Positions 10,900 through 23,904 of a stretch of DNA of 64,000 bases are shown in pieces (the first letter of the stretch is position 1; every line of letters begins with the position of its first letter). This DNA comes from Octopus vulgaris (taxonomy: Eukaryota). The stretch spans positions 164,238,001-164,302,000 of the forward strand of contig OX597814.1 in assembly GCA_951406725.2 (NCBI GenBank), read 5' to 3'. The position numbers and the translations under genes are program-made. Under the pieces are notes generated by a model. It ran no database searches. It was not told the origin of the DNA and was given only the letters and a program-made list of their open reading frames with translations.

Positions 10900-12615
10900 G
10901 GCATCTTTACTGTCGAAGATCAAAATGTTCCATCTCCATCACCTCTGACACCGGACTCTATAACTACAAGGAAATTTACACCAGCAATGCTACAACGCCA
11001 CCTTAAGAATAAACTTAACTATGCTTCTCCTGGTCTCGATGGTAATACATACCTACTTCTCAAACGCGGTGGGTACTTTCTTCTGAATCAACTTTCACTA
11101 TTCTTTCAATTCTGTCTTGACAATGGTGTTACTCCAGAGCAGTGGAAAACTGCCAGTATTATCCCTCTGTTCAAAAGAGGTGACCGCACATCGCCTGTCA
11201 ACTATCGCCCCGTCAGTTTTACTAGCTGCATCGCCAAACTGATGGAATCCAGTGTCAGAGAAACCCTCTGGAACTTCTGGAAATCTTACAGCCTCATCCA
11301 GCTGTCACAGTTTGGATTTATTCCTAACTTCAGCTCCTGTAATCAGCTCATCGAGTTTCTTGAAGACATTACCCGAATCACTGATGGCGGCTCCTGGGTG
11401 GATGTTGTTTACCTGGATTTTGCTAAAGCTTTTAATTCTGTGCCCCACAAAGGACTTATGGTGAAACTCTCTGCAATGGGTGTAAGAGATAATCTCTATA
11501 ACTGGTTGAAGTCCTTCATTACCGACCGAAAAGAGGTTGTCACAGTTCTAGGACAGTACTCTTCACCTTATGAGATGACATCTGGTGTACCACAGGGATT
11601 TGTTCTTGGCCTCCTTTTATTTGTTGCATATATTAATGACATAGATGCCAACTTAAAAAATGCCACAGTGCTGAAATATGCAGATGACATCAAGATGTAC
11701 CTCGAAATAAAGAGGACAGGTCCTGTACACTACAGATCTTTATTGCAATCAGACCTGGACACAATGCAGCAATGGATCATGGAGTGGCAACTCAAGTTGG
11801 CTGTGGACAAATGTACCACCATGCATTTTGGGAGGAAAACCCAGCGTCTACTTACTCCCTCCACAACACTAATCTCAAAAAGTCTTCTTGTGAACGTGAC
11901 CTGGGCATTATTGTCGACAGCAATTTGCGTTGGACAAAACACATTGCTAAAATTGCCAAGAAGGCTGAGGGTGTCTTGGCATCACTTTCCAAGTCCTTTG
12001 TGAGCCGCTCTCCGGCTATCTATCTGGGGCTTTATATAGCTATGATGTAGCCTCACCTGGAATTTGCATCACCGGTCTGGAACCCCTATCTTGTCCAGGA
12101 TATTAATCGCCTGGAAACCGTTCAGCGACGTGCGACCAAGAGAATACTCTCCATCAGGCATTTGCCAAATTCTGAACACCTTACTTCCCTGGGCACGGAT
12201 ACATTGAAGCTCCAACGTTTGGCAACTGACGAGGCAGACACCCATAAAATTATTAACCATCTTACTAACAGTAACTCTGAGCACCTTTTCAAACTCCACC
12301 TGTCTAACACCCGTGGACATGTTCACAAAGTCAGAAAACAGCACAGCTCCCATGATTTTCGGAAACATTTTTTCACGCTAAGAGTTGCTGAAGTATGGAA
12401 CAAACTGCTGGCATCCTTCAAAACTTCCATGCTTCCTGAGATTCGCCAACATTACACCTGATTTTCTCCCTTCCATACACACGCAAGCATGTATCTGACT
12501 CATACACTGTTCACTTTCCAGACATTTGTGCATTACTACATATGCTTTATACGCACTTTAGACAAGTTGTAGTGCACCTGAGCACTGCATACAATAATTT
12601 CATTATATTATTATA
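10900..12615 (+). mobile_element. 5'-truncated CR1-clade LINE with reverse transcriptase (ORF 10987-12003, frameshifted continuation to ~12461)
   Basis: Motifs SPGLDG, WKTASIIPLFKRGD, NYRPVS, QFGF, DVVYLDFAKAF, GVPQG, KYADD, ERDLGI, PVWNPY, VQRRATK, TRGH, FFTLRV..WN. (TTA)n tail at ~12601-12615. It appears to be inserted into a minus-strand SINE B that resumes at ~12620. Confidence 0.93.
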
Positions 12616-12619
12616 TAAC

Positions 12620-12758
12620 TTGCAACTTATTTTATCGACCCTGAAGAGATGAAAGGCAAAGTCGACTTCAGCGAAATTTGAACTTAAAACATAAAACCAG
12701 ACGACATGCCACCAGGCATTTTGTCCGACGTGCTAACGATTCAACCAGTTCGCCACCT
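12620..12758 (-). mobile_element. SINE family B 5' part
   Basis: ttattttatcgacc...gaaaggcaaagtcgac...gttcgccacc. Confidence 0.8.
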
Positions 12759-13018
12759 TGATGATGATAATAATAGCGAACTTACTTAAGCTGAGGATGA
12801 AGATAATCATTGGACTTTGAGAGATTTGTTGATAATGGTAATCATGCTAAAATCGAAGACTATGAAATTTAAAATTATATCAAGGGAGATAACTATATTG
12901 AAACAACGCATGGATCAAAGGTTTTCAATCTTTTCAACTTTGTATTTACTGGAAACGATAAGTATTGGAGCAAATTGTAAGAGATTGAAGGAAAAATAAA
13001 TAAAAACAGATTTTATTT

Positions 13019-13165
13019 TTAACCACTGCCCTTGGTACCAGCGGAGATGGTTATCCGCAAATGCAAGTCCCGTGAGTCAGAATAGCTACTTCAACGTATC
13101 TCCCTCGCCATCCTTCGGGCAATGCGTTTTCCATTTTATCCGCTGGTACGATGAAGCGGGCTGAC
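13019..13165. mobile_element. Short hairpin MITE-like element
   Basis: Inverted pair gtaccagcgga (13037) / tccgctggtac (to 13149), starting at TTAA. Confidence 0.45.
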
Positions 13166-14589
13166 AAGCCTTTTTTGATATTACTGGTTACTTATTGCTT
13201 TATTTAACCAATTATAATTCAATTAAATTCACCTTTTTGTTCAACGGTTCTCGACTGTCCGCAGCATATCGAGTTATTTGTAAAATTGCCCTACATATAT
13301 TTAATACATACTAGCAAGATTACTTCAAAAGTTCTTTCAGAAATTTTCGCAAATTTTCTTTAGTGATTGAGATATGACCATTAAAACGATGTAGTATAAT
13401 TTTTTTCAATGTAACTGCGCATGAAAGAGACAAAAGTATTTGAATAGAAGAAGGTTTTCGGGTCAACCTGACGTCCCCGCGTTTTAATGATCGATGTTGA
13501 CGGTTTGATCTTTCATTCATTGCATTCGAAAAATACATTAATAATTTTCAACAGGTAAGGATATTATGTATGAAAAATAGTTTTTGAAAAAAACCTGAGT
13601 TGTAGACTGATTAATTCTTACTTGTTGAAAGATCATTTAAAATAATTTCATTGAAAGTGGTTTCATTATGTAATAAAAAGATGCATTTGTGTAGATATTT
13701 TGCTTGAAATTAAATTATTTATTTTTGTCGTTGAATGTAATTAATTGTTAGGTTTTATGCAATTAACTTTTCTTCTATGTGGCCACTTTTTATTAAACAT
13801 GATATAAATAATGGGGTAAAAAAAGAAACCCGTTCAAAATTATATACAATACTACCTATTGGTAATATGTATTATTGTGAGTTGGAAAACATGTATTAAA
13901 TGAGATTATCGAAGTAGGAAATAAAAATTCCTTTTGGAGATTGCTTAAAGATCTAAAAACAAGGAAATTAACTTCAATGACATTAGCTTATCAAAATCTC
14001 AACAATATACCTCGTACTAAAAGTCTCAACTATGTCGGTGTATTTGCAAGTTGTCTCCCTTGAAATAGTCGAGACGTGCAAGATTGCAGTATAATAGCAG
14101 TGAAATATATGGGGATGACTAGAGTAATGTTTGTTGCTTCTGATAATTATAATCAGTAAATGGTAGTTTTTGCTACTCTCTGCGTTCATTTATATCCTTC
14201 ATCCTTTCAGGGTCTATAAAAAAAAAAAAACTCCCCAAAAACACAGTACCAATCCAGGGAGGTATATTGACTGAATTGTAAGAATTTGGACAAGATTCCA
14301 TGTGGAAATTGTCCCGGTTCCTTTGTTTTGAGTTCAAATCATGAAATGGTCTATTTAGGATAAACCTCTCTACGTGTTACCGAGGGTGTTCTTAGTTGTG
14401 TCTACTCTGATGAAAGCATTCGGGTACGGTTTCTGGTTTGAGGTTAGCTTCCCCTCTTCCCCCTACCCGCCTCGGTGAACATGGGGAGGCTCTAAGGGTT
14501 ATGGGTTATCCTGACTAAAGGATAAAAATATAGTCTGTTTGTAGGACTGTATATATGTAATGATGTTCTTTTGTAGGCATCAATAAAAG

Positions 14590-14695
14590 AGGGAGAGAAG
14601 GAAAGAGAGAGAGAGAGAAAGAAATAGAGAGAGAGAGAAAGAAAGAGAGGGAGCGAGAAAGAGAGAGTGTGTCTGTGTATGCATGTGTAGGGAGG

Positions 14696-14748
<53 letters not shown>

Positions 14749-14750
14749 GA
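14590..14750. repeat. (GA)n purine-rich tract
   Basis: Directly visible. Confidence 0.9.
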
Positions 14751-14764
14751 ATCAATAACGTGAG

Positions 14765-16140
14765 GGGCTAAGTCGATTACGTTGACCCAGTGTTCGAACA
14801 GTACTTATTTTATCGACCTGGAAAGGATAAAAAATCAAAGTCGACGCCGGCGGAATTTGAACTCAGATCGTGAAGACGGATGAAATGCCGCTAAGCATTT
14901 TGCTTGGAGTGCAAATGATTCTGCCAGCTCGCTGCCTAACTAAGCAGAAAATATTATTTTCTACTCTAGGAACAAGGCCCGAAATTTTTGAGGAAGGGGG
15001 CAGTCAATTAGACCGATCCCAGTACGCAACTGGTACTTAATTTATCGACTCCGAAAGGATGAAAGGCAAAGTCGACCTCGGCGCTCGGCGTAAAGACAGA
15101 CAAAATACATATTTCTTTACTACCCACAAGGGGCTAAACACAGAGAGGACAAACAAGGACAGACAAACAGATTAAGTCGATTATATCGATCCCAGTGCGT
15201 AACTGGTACTTATTTAATCGACTCCGAAAGGATGAAAGGCAAAGTCGATCTCGGCGGAATTTGAACTCACAACGTAGCGGCAGACGAAATACCTATTTCT
15301 TTACTACCCACAAGGGGCTAAACACTGAGAGGACAAACAAGGACAGACAGACAGATTAAATCGATTATATCGACTCCAGTGCGTAACTGGTACTTATTTA
15401 ATCGACCCCGAAAGGATAAAAGGCAAAGTCGATCTCGGCGGAATTTGAACTCACAGCGTAGCGGCAGACGAAATACCTATTTCTTTACTACCCACAAGGG
15501 GATAAACTCAAAGAGGACAAACAAGGACAGACAAACAGATTAAGTCGATTATATCGACCCAGTGCGTAACTGGTACTTATTTAATTGACCCCGAAAGGAT
15601 GAAAGGCAAAGTCGACCTCGGCGGAATTTGAACTCAGAACGTAGCGGCAGACGAAATACCTATTTCTTTACTACCCACAAGGGGATAAACACAAAGAGGA
15701 CAAACAAGGACAGACAAACGGATTAAGTTGATTACATCGACCCCAGTGCGTAACTGGCACTTATTTAATCGGTGGCGGCGAGCTGGCAGAAACGTTAGCG
15801 CGCCGGACGAAATGCTTAGCGGTATTTCGTCTGCCGTTACGTTGTGAGTTCAAATTCCGCCGAGGTCGACTTTGCCTTTCATCCTTTCGGGGTCGATAAA
15901 TTAAGTACCAGTTACGCACTGGGGTCGATGTAATCGACTTAATACCTATGTCTGTCCTTGTTTGTCCCCTCTATGTTTAGCCCCTTGCGGGTAATAAAGA
16001 AATAGGTACTTATTTAATCGACCCCGAAAGGATGAAAGACGAAGTCGACCTCGGCGGAATTTGAACTCAGAATGCAAAGACAGACGAAATAATGCTAAGC
16101 ATTTCGCCCAGCGTGCTAACGTTTCTGCCAGCTCACCGCC
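14765..16140 (-). mobile_element. SINE family B cluster: tandem ~184-bp headless units behind one head, plus a separate copy at 14765-14937
   Basis: Units start at about 15110, 15293, 15478 and 15661 (tatttctttactacccacaag...gacgaaatacc). The head is at 16140. Confidence 0.92.
15772..16004 (+). mobile_element. Full SINE B inserted antisense into the SINE B array
   Basis: 16-bp TSD ggcacttatttaatcg (15756-15771) / ggtacttatttaatcg (16005-16020). Confidence 0.92.
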
Positions 16141-16769
16141 TTACTATGCATAAAATATTACTAAGGAAATCTTTAACAAAAAAAAAAAAAGAAAAAAAAA
16201 GAGGTTTACGCTCGAATACAGTAATGCTTTTGATATAATACATACAAATCCCTGTCCCACGCACACGCATGCCCACACATGCAAATTCGCATTAGGTGCA
16301 GTCTTGCAAGCCGTGTCAAGTAGAAAGGCCAAGTGAATCATTATCTGCTTCCATTTAAACAAACATATACTATGATAAAATCCGTTAGATTTTATATGTG
16401 ATGTATTTGTGCTGATTTTATTTTAAGTTTCTACTTTGCTATTAGTAATCTTCTATAGTTATCCAAATTTTTTTATGTTAAATTCATTACAAATTTGGAA
16501 GTCTTTCAACAAGTATTTTTCTATCCAATTTTATGCTGTGTACAGTATCATGGGTTGCGAAGATTTTTTTTGTAAATGCATAATCAACTGACGACTCCTG
16601 TTCTATGTAATAGTCTGAATCATGAATTTTATAACTTTCATGTTTATAGTGAAATTTATATATTACATTCATTACTTCCGTTGCCTGTAAATTATTAGGT
16701 AGTGGTTCCGTGTTGATAAGAAATTTTATTTTGGAATGTTAAATAACAATAGGAAAATACGAACAATCC

Positions 16770-16804
<35 letters not shown>

Positions 16805-16898
16805 CAAAGATCAAACTTGAACATAACCTTTTGTCAGTATGAGGCAGTTTGGCACGACCGTTTTGGCGCAGCTTATTCGACGTCGCTCATTCGATGCT

Positions 16899-17125
16899 GA
16901 TGAGCTGGCAGAGACGTTAGCACGCCGGGCGAAGTGCTTCGCGGTATTTCGCCCGTCGCTACGTTCTGAGCTCAAATTCCGCCGAGGTCGACTTTGCCTT
17001 TCATCCTTTCGGGGTCGATAAATTAAGTACCAGTTATGCACTGAGGTCGATGTAATCGACTTAATCCGTTTGTCTGTCCTTGTTTGTCCCTTCTATGCTT
17101 AGCCCCTTGTGGGTAATAAAGAAAC
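16899..17125 (+). mobile_element. SINE family B
   Basis: gagctggcagagacgttagc...gggtaataaagaaa. Confidence 0.9.
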
Positions 17126-17972
17126 GGATATATTTAACATCAGATGTTTTAATATTTTTCTCGTTCTATTCCACCCCTCTCTCTCCCCTTCTCTCTCTAT
17201 GTGTGCGTGTGTGTGAGTGTGAAGATATTTCTCTATGTGTATGAGGAGAGGGAAAGTGTTAATGTCAATCGTGTTCAATTAATACATTTTAATGTCTTTC
17301 TCTCCCTCCCTCTCTCACACATACTCTTCATATCTGTATGTGTATACTTCTGCATACACGCGCGCGCACGCACACGTACGCATTAATGGATCTGTTAGAG
17401 CGTCGGGCCGAATGCTTTGCAGTATCAGTTTCGGCTCTTTGTGTTGTAAACGCAATGCCTGCAGTCACACTGGCCATTCTCTTGGATATCATAGTTAGGT
17501 AAGGGATCTTACAATCCAAATGCAGAAATCCAACCCCTCCACAGACGTTAAATGATGGTGTACAAAATGCAACAAATAACAAATTTTTAATCTATTTAAA
17601 CTCTACAGACAAAAACAAAATCTTAACAGTTTTTGTTAGCGACTCTCAAAGAATAAGGGAGATAATTTCAATAAATTTAAAATTAAATTCTCAAGTTAAG
17701 TTTCATGCTTAGGGAAACAACAAACTGTTCTTTATAAGGTTATCTCTACAGATTATCTGTTATAGATTTCGTAGTACATTATGGTTGCATAACGAAATAC
17801 CGTGTGCCTACAAGTCACTAAACCGATCTTTGTTTTGACGTAAGGTACAAATAAAGACTTATGGTTCTGTATATTTGATTCCATCAACATAGAACACCCT
17901 ACTCAGGCCTGAAGATCCGTGAGTTTTTTTCGTATATGATAAAAGCGTTGTCTATACATACACACAAATTGC

Positions 17973-18047
<75 letters not shown>

Positions 18048-18049
18048 CA

Positions 18050-18081
<32 letters not shown>

Positions 18082-18097
18082 AACATATATATACATA

Positions 18098-18286
18098 TAT
18101 GGGTACAGGACGTCACCAACGTTGCAAATAACATGAAATACTTAAGCAAACGAGGGAAAAATGAGTGAAATGCATAAACAAGAAAAAAAAAAAAAAGGAA
18201 AACAGGACAAGTAAACACAGAGAAAGGACCTTTCATCAGTTGTCGACTGTCTATCTACTCCCCATTTCGAGCATTCAACGACAATC
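18098..18286 (+). mobile_element. (TA)n-associated repeat family D (possibly Penelope-derived)
   Basis: atgggtacaggacgtcac...ttcatcagttgtcg...tttcgagca. Related copies at 36265-36325 (-), 37372-37537, 47761-48061 and 49530-49745. Confidence 0.65.
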
Positions 18287-18407
18287 CATTTCCAATTAAG
18301 TTATATAGAAGTGCTCAATTAGAAAACCGATGCAAAAGACAAACTCTGGAACTCTGGTTAAAAAATAAACATCAGAATTGGACAAACAACTTTATATCCT
18401 TCTCGTG

Positions 18408-18446
<39 letters not shown>

Positions 18447-18637
18447 ACAACTGAGGTAATATTTAATTAGAATATACCCAGCTATATATCAAACGTATGC
18501 ATATACATTGTTGATAGGCTAGTTACTGTGGTATTTGTCTCGAGATAACATCTCTTATGGACGTGCTGTCTTAAAAGCACAGTAAGAAAAGATGCCCGAA
18601 GTGCATCTGGTACTCTGGTTGGCCGATGCTCGAGTAC

Positions 18638-18767
18638 AAATCTCTTTCGATAGAAAGAGTTCAAGGTTACCTGTAGAATTCGAACTCAAATCTCCTCTAA
18701 ACATGACAAGCGTTCTACCATTGGACCAAGGCAATCCTTCGAATTCTTTTATTCATTAAAGAGATTT
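18638..18767 (-). pseudogene. Degenerate tRNA-like sequence with extended inverted flanks
   Basis: Minus strand 18737-18665 has tggtccaatggtaga (A-box) and gagttcgaatt (B-box). Flanks aaatctcttt...aaagagttc / gaattctttt...aaagagattt are inverted. Confidence 0.55.
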
Positions 18768-18950
18768 TATTCTTCTAGCCTGAGTTGGATTTTGTTGATG
18801 TCATAAAAGAACGTGAAATAATAATTTTTTAACCCAATATTTGGACACTATTATTTTTAGCTTTATCTGTTTCGAGATGTAATGTTCCGAGAAAGAATCA
18901 TTTTACATTCTCGTAAAGTTTTAAAAATTCTTATGAAGTCAACAATATTT

Positions 18951-19120
<170 letters not shown>

Positions 19121-19759
19121 TTTTTCTAATTACATTCCCACTCAAATGCTATAACATATTGATATCTCTTCTTGTTATCGTTTTCCGAGAATTCTATAAA
19201 GTTATTCACATCCTGTATTTACTTTTTAGACTCATTTCCTTGTGATTCTTGTGGACAGGGAAAATACACACATCGCCCTACATGAATATTATTAGAACAC
19301 CATTGATTAATAAATAAATACATATAAAGCTTAATTAAGTTTTTATCACTTTAATTTTACTTCTGCCTTTTAACAGTCTCGACGTCAACATTCCATTTTC
19401 TATGAGAAACATTCCAGAGTTGAATGGTATTTGCTCCTTTTTCTCTTCATTTTGAGTTCTAACGAACCACAATGTGTCTCAACTTTATAAATTATTTATA
19501 ATTTTCTGTATTCCTTAGTTCATTTCATTAGTTTCATTTAATTAGTTTCATGTCAACAATATTTTGCTTCACTTATTTCTCAGCTCCTCTTTCCTCCTTT
19601 ATGATATTAATGTATGCCGTCCTATGATCCTTTGATGTACCCATTGTTTTTTCCATATGGAACAGACGGCTACCATATATTTGCAAGGGAGAAATTACCA
19701 TCAATGAACAGTGAAATATCATGATTGGAGGATTTTGCAACTCACCAATTATGCGGCTT

Positions 19760-19790
19760 TATCCCGAGCAACGCCGGGTATGCCTGCTAG
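19760..19790 (+). mobile_element. Helitron 3' terminus
   Basis: cccgagcaacgccggg hairpin followed by CTAG, the same end as the Helitrons at 25535 and 51017. 5' end not located. Confidence 0.6.
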
Positions 19791-19791
19791 C

Positions 19792-19823
<32 letters not shown>

Positions 19824-19951
19824 TTTTACTCGTTTCAGTCATGCAGCTACGCACCAATGGTTTCTCTTGTTAATATCTACGTATGCAAACACGCAGATAT
19901 CTGCAAAATCGTCAGCGTAGTCTGTCGCTTACAAAACACAATATCCAGAAC

Positions 19952-20188
19952 TAGATACAGAACGCTCAACCGAAATCGTGCATGTATAAAGTTCTGGTTT
20001 TAACTGATTAACATCAATTTCTACCCTTATTATTTAATTTTAAATAAAAAATGTTCTCTAACCGATAAATTGGCAGCTGAAATTTATTAACGGACTCAGC
20101 GCATCAAAGTGAAGACATTTGAAAGATACCCAAATATAATTTGTAGAACTTTATACATGTTCGATTTCGATTGAGCGTTCTGTATCTA
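19952..20188. mobile_element. MITE-like 44-bp inverted repeat
   Basis: tagatacagaacgctcaaccgaaatc...taaagttct (19952-19995) pairs with 20145-20188. Confidence 0.6.
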
Positions 20189-20343
20189 TTTTTTTTTATT
20201 TCGTATATTTTCATTTGCTCATTTTTACATTTTGGCGTTTTGCTGAGATTTTTCTGGAGAATACATTCTTCGTGGTAATGGCGATTTGACGTCTATGTTT
20301 AGCATATTAGGTGTCTACTTTAGCACTTTAGTGGTCCTTCCGC

Positions 20344-20428
<85 letters not shown>

Positions 20429-21285
20429 TTACAAATCCGACAGCTGTTTCTGGGGACTCGAAGTTAGTTCATAATATCGCCAGATGTTGTTCACCAGAAT
20501 ATGCAACTAGCAATGGGAAGAACTAAAGCCGATGTTATCGACTAAACCCCCTCCCTTCGAAACTGGTAAACTTTTGCATAAATCAGAAACGATTATTATC
20601 AGAACATAAAGTTGCCCTTTAAAACTTAATGCATTCTTCATTCCATAAACTTGCCTTCATTTGATTAATTATGCACGATATTAATTTTTCTCTTAGCAGT
20701 GATTTATACTTTTGGTTTCTTCTAGTTCTATACATTTAAATCCATCATTTTGTATGGGTTCATAATCTATGTTGTTATGCATACCAAAACTATTTTTAAT
20801 TGTACTAAAAATTAATTGTGCGCTTGATTTTATCTGAATTTACGAAATTCTGTTGTGTTCCTTGGAGAGAATTAATGCAAATTTATCGAAGATGTCGAAA
20901 ATGAAAACCATCAAATTTATAATGCAATCAAATCTTTTAATATTTATTTTGTGTCAGACTGCATAATTTAACGCTCATTAGTAGCACATTAAAAATAACT
21001 TGTGCTGTTGTTGCTTCTAAATCTATCAAAGTAAGAAACAATGTTGATAAATAGTCATCCAACTTAGATTTTAGAAAATTCATAAAAACATTTATGAAGC
21101 TTTTCCATGATAATAAATATTTGTGGTTAGTTTTGTATAATTTACTGAAAATTACATTTCTTGTTGATTAAGTAATATACACTATAATGAGAGCTGCAGA
21201 AAATTATGCATGTGGGTAGTTTCATAAATTTATTCCATTCTTAATATTGAGATCCTACTTCGTCCGCCAATTCTAACAAATATAT

Positions 21286-21381
21286 ACTCTTTACTTTTTT
21301 ATTTGTTTCAGTCATTCGACTGCGGCCATGCTGGAGCACCGCAAACACACCACCATCGGTTGTCAAGCGATGCTGGGGGAA

Positions 21382-21469
<88 letters not shown>

Positions 21470-21633
21470 CGACGGGCTTATTTCAGTTTCTGTCTACCAA
21501 ATTCACTCACAAGGCTTTGGTCGACCCGAGGCTATAGTAGAAGACACTTGCCCAAGGTGTCACGCAGTGGGAATGAACCCGGAAACATGTGGTTGGTAAG
21601 CAAGCTACTTACCACACAGCCACTCCTGCGCCT
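21286..21633 (-). mobile_element. SINE family A with internal deletion and expanded (CA)n
   Basis: Family A reverse complement, jumping from gcaccgc directly to aaacacacc. Confidence 0.88.
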
Positions 21634-21907
21634 ATATGTAATAATCTATGTAAAACATCTATCATAATCTACGTAAAAAAAAATAACTATGGTAAAAATT
21701 TCATGGGTTAGTTTAGTATTATTTTCATTAATTTTATTAAAAGCTGCAGTGACAGCTTTTTTAAAATTCATTGGGCATATTTACAATGTTCATGCGAAAA
21801 TGTCATTCAAAACGCTTTTTTATTTAGCGAAACTAACAGAACTGGGTTTTTTTTTTTGCGTCCACAAGCAGTATCTTATGCTTCTGTCTTTTTAGAAGAA
21901 ATATATT

Positions 21908-22095
21908 TTCTGCTATAGACGTAAGGCTTGAAATTTTTGGGGAAGGGGCTAGTCAATTACACCGGCTCTAGTAGTGTTCAACTGGTACTTATTCTATCGT
22001 CCCCGAAAGGATAAATTGCAAAGCCGACCTCGGCAAAATTTGAACTTAGAACGCAAAGAGGGACGAAATGCCACTAAGTATTTTGTTCGGCGCTT
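21908..22095 (-). mobile_element. SINE family B (alternative tail)
   Basis: actggtacttattctatcg...gacgaaatgccactaag. Confidence 0.75.
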
Positions 22096-22104
22096 CTATT
22101 CATA

Positions 22105-22164
<60 letters not shown>

Positions 22165-22184
22165 CTATATTTATATATATATAT

Positions 22185-22244
<60 letters not shown>

Positions 22245-22247
<3 letters not shown>

Positions 22248-22490
22248 AGGGGCGTGTCTTAGTGGTTAGGGTGTCAACATCATGATCGTAAGATTGTAGT
22301 TTCGATTCCTGGACCGGGTGACGCGTTGTGTTCTTGAGCAAAACACTTCATTTCACGTTGCCCCAGTCCACTCAGCTGGCAAAAATGATTAACGCTGCGT
22401 TGGACTGGCATCCCGTCCAGCTGGGGAACACATACGCCATAAAAACCGGGAAACCGGGCCCATGAGCCTGGCTAGGCTTTAAAAGGGCGC

Positions 22491-22491
<1 letters not shown>
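22245..22491 (+). mobile_element. SINE family C (tRNA-derived)
   Basis: tagtggttagg A-box and gtttcgattcc B-box. Nearly identical to 38068-38312. Confidence 0.88.
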
Positions 22492-22523
<32 letters not shown>

Positions 22524-22525
22524 CA

Positions 22526-22559
<34 letters not shown>

Positions 22560-23292
22560 CATACATACATACATACATACATACATACATACATACATAC
22601 ATACATACATACATACATACATACATGGAGTGGCTTCATGCTGGCATGGCGTGGATTCGATCCTCGATAGCCAAATTTCACTTAACAGTTGAACAGCACT
22701 TTTCTCATAGTAAAACAACAGATTTTCTGTGAGTGACAGCAGTTACATTTGCCAGATGCCTTCGCTAAGCAGAATAATGTCTTTACCACTTGACCTTTTT
22801 AACCTCTTCTAGGCCACCAAAAGCTAGAATAGAGATAACAGACCGCCAACGAAACCTATTGTTCTCAACAATATGCCTATCCTTCTGACTGGTTTTGGAT
22901 AGTTATAAAAGCAAGAACTCCGTATGCAAAAGTCAGTCAGTGAGAACCGAGTCTGGCTGACCGGCTGAACAAAACGACGTCTCTGAAGGAAAAGACACAA
23001 AAGGAAAACTATGGTAGCTCACCAACGAAACAGTTGTTCCACCAATTTCACTTACACTTTCACTAACTCACTTCTTTTTATCTGTAACATATCTATAGCT
23101 CTCTCTATAATACTACTAAGAGATCGTGTACACACATATACAGGCTAAAATTAACTTTCTTTACCTTGCTTTACGAACGGTGTTATACTATTACACTAGC
23201 CTACCCGTTGTGGTACAGCATTATATTTAAGTAAAGGTAAATAAATATTTCTTTACAACTTCAATCTCTGTTCTTCGTTCATCTAAACCAAC

Positions 23293-23451
<159 letters not shown>

Positions 23452-23471
23452 GATCAACTAATAGATAATAC

Positions 23472-23572
23472 AGTTCTATGTTTGAGAGATGAAGAATTAT
23501 GTATTATTTACATTTGACGGATATTAACAACAAACAAAATGAGGACAAATATCAGTCAAATGTAAATAATGT
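23472..23572. mobile_element. Internally collapsed copy of the 1825-2382 palindromic element
   Basis: Same left end (gttctatgtttgagagatgaagaatt...tttacatttgacggatatt) fused to the same right end (aacaacaaacaaaatgaggacaaatatc.gtcaaatgtaaataat). Confidence 0.8.
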
Positions 23573-23619
23573 CAATAACTAATGGATGTTGTCAGAATCG
23601 CTGGTCAGAATGTAGGTTG

Positions 23620-23838
23620 CATTGTTTAGCTTTCGAATGATGCCAACCCGCTGACTAGACGAGAAGGCCAGCATTCACCCTGATTGGAAGACTAGTCCGT
23701 TACAGGGTTATTCATTTAAAGCTGAGTAGACTGGCGCAACCTGAAATGAAGTGTTTTGTTCAAGAAAACAATATGCCGCTCGGACCGGGAATCGAACCCA
23801 TAGACTAGCGATCGTGAACGTATCACCTTAACCACTCA
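23620..23838 (-). mobile_element. tRNA-derived SINE
   Basis: Plus-strand gggaatcgaacc and ccttaaccact are reverse B and A boxes. Confidence 0.7.
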
Positions 23839-23904
23839 ATTGCAACATATTTGGACAATGAGAACAACCAATCCATTATTCATTTATTTATTCTATTTTA
23901 TTTC

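Noticed and set aside
15110-15770. Regularly spaced repeats resembling a CRISPR array
   Set aside because: Whole ~184-bp units repeat with no unique spacers; they are SINE B bodies, and no cas genes are present.
18225-18275. Type II hammerhead in family D (GAAA...CUGAUGA on the minus strand)
   Set aside because: No convincing stems I and III could be formed by eye.
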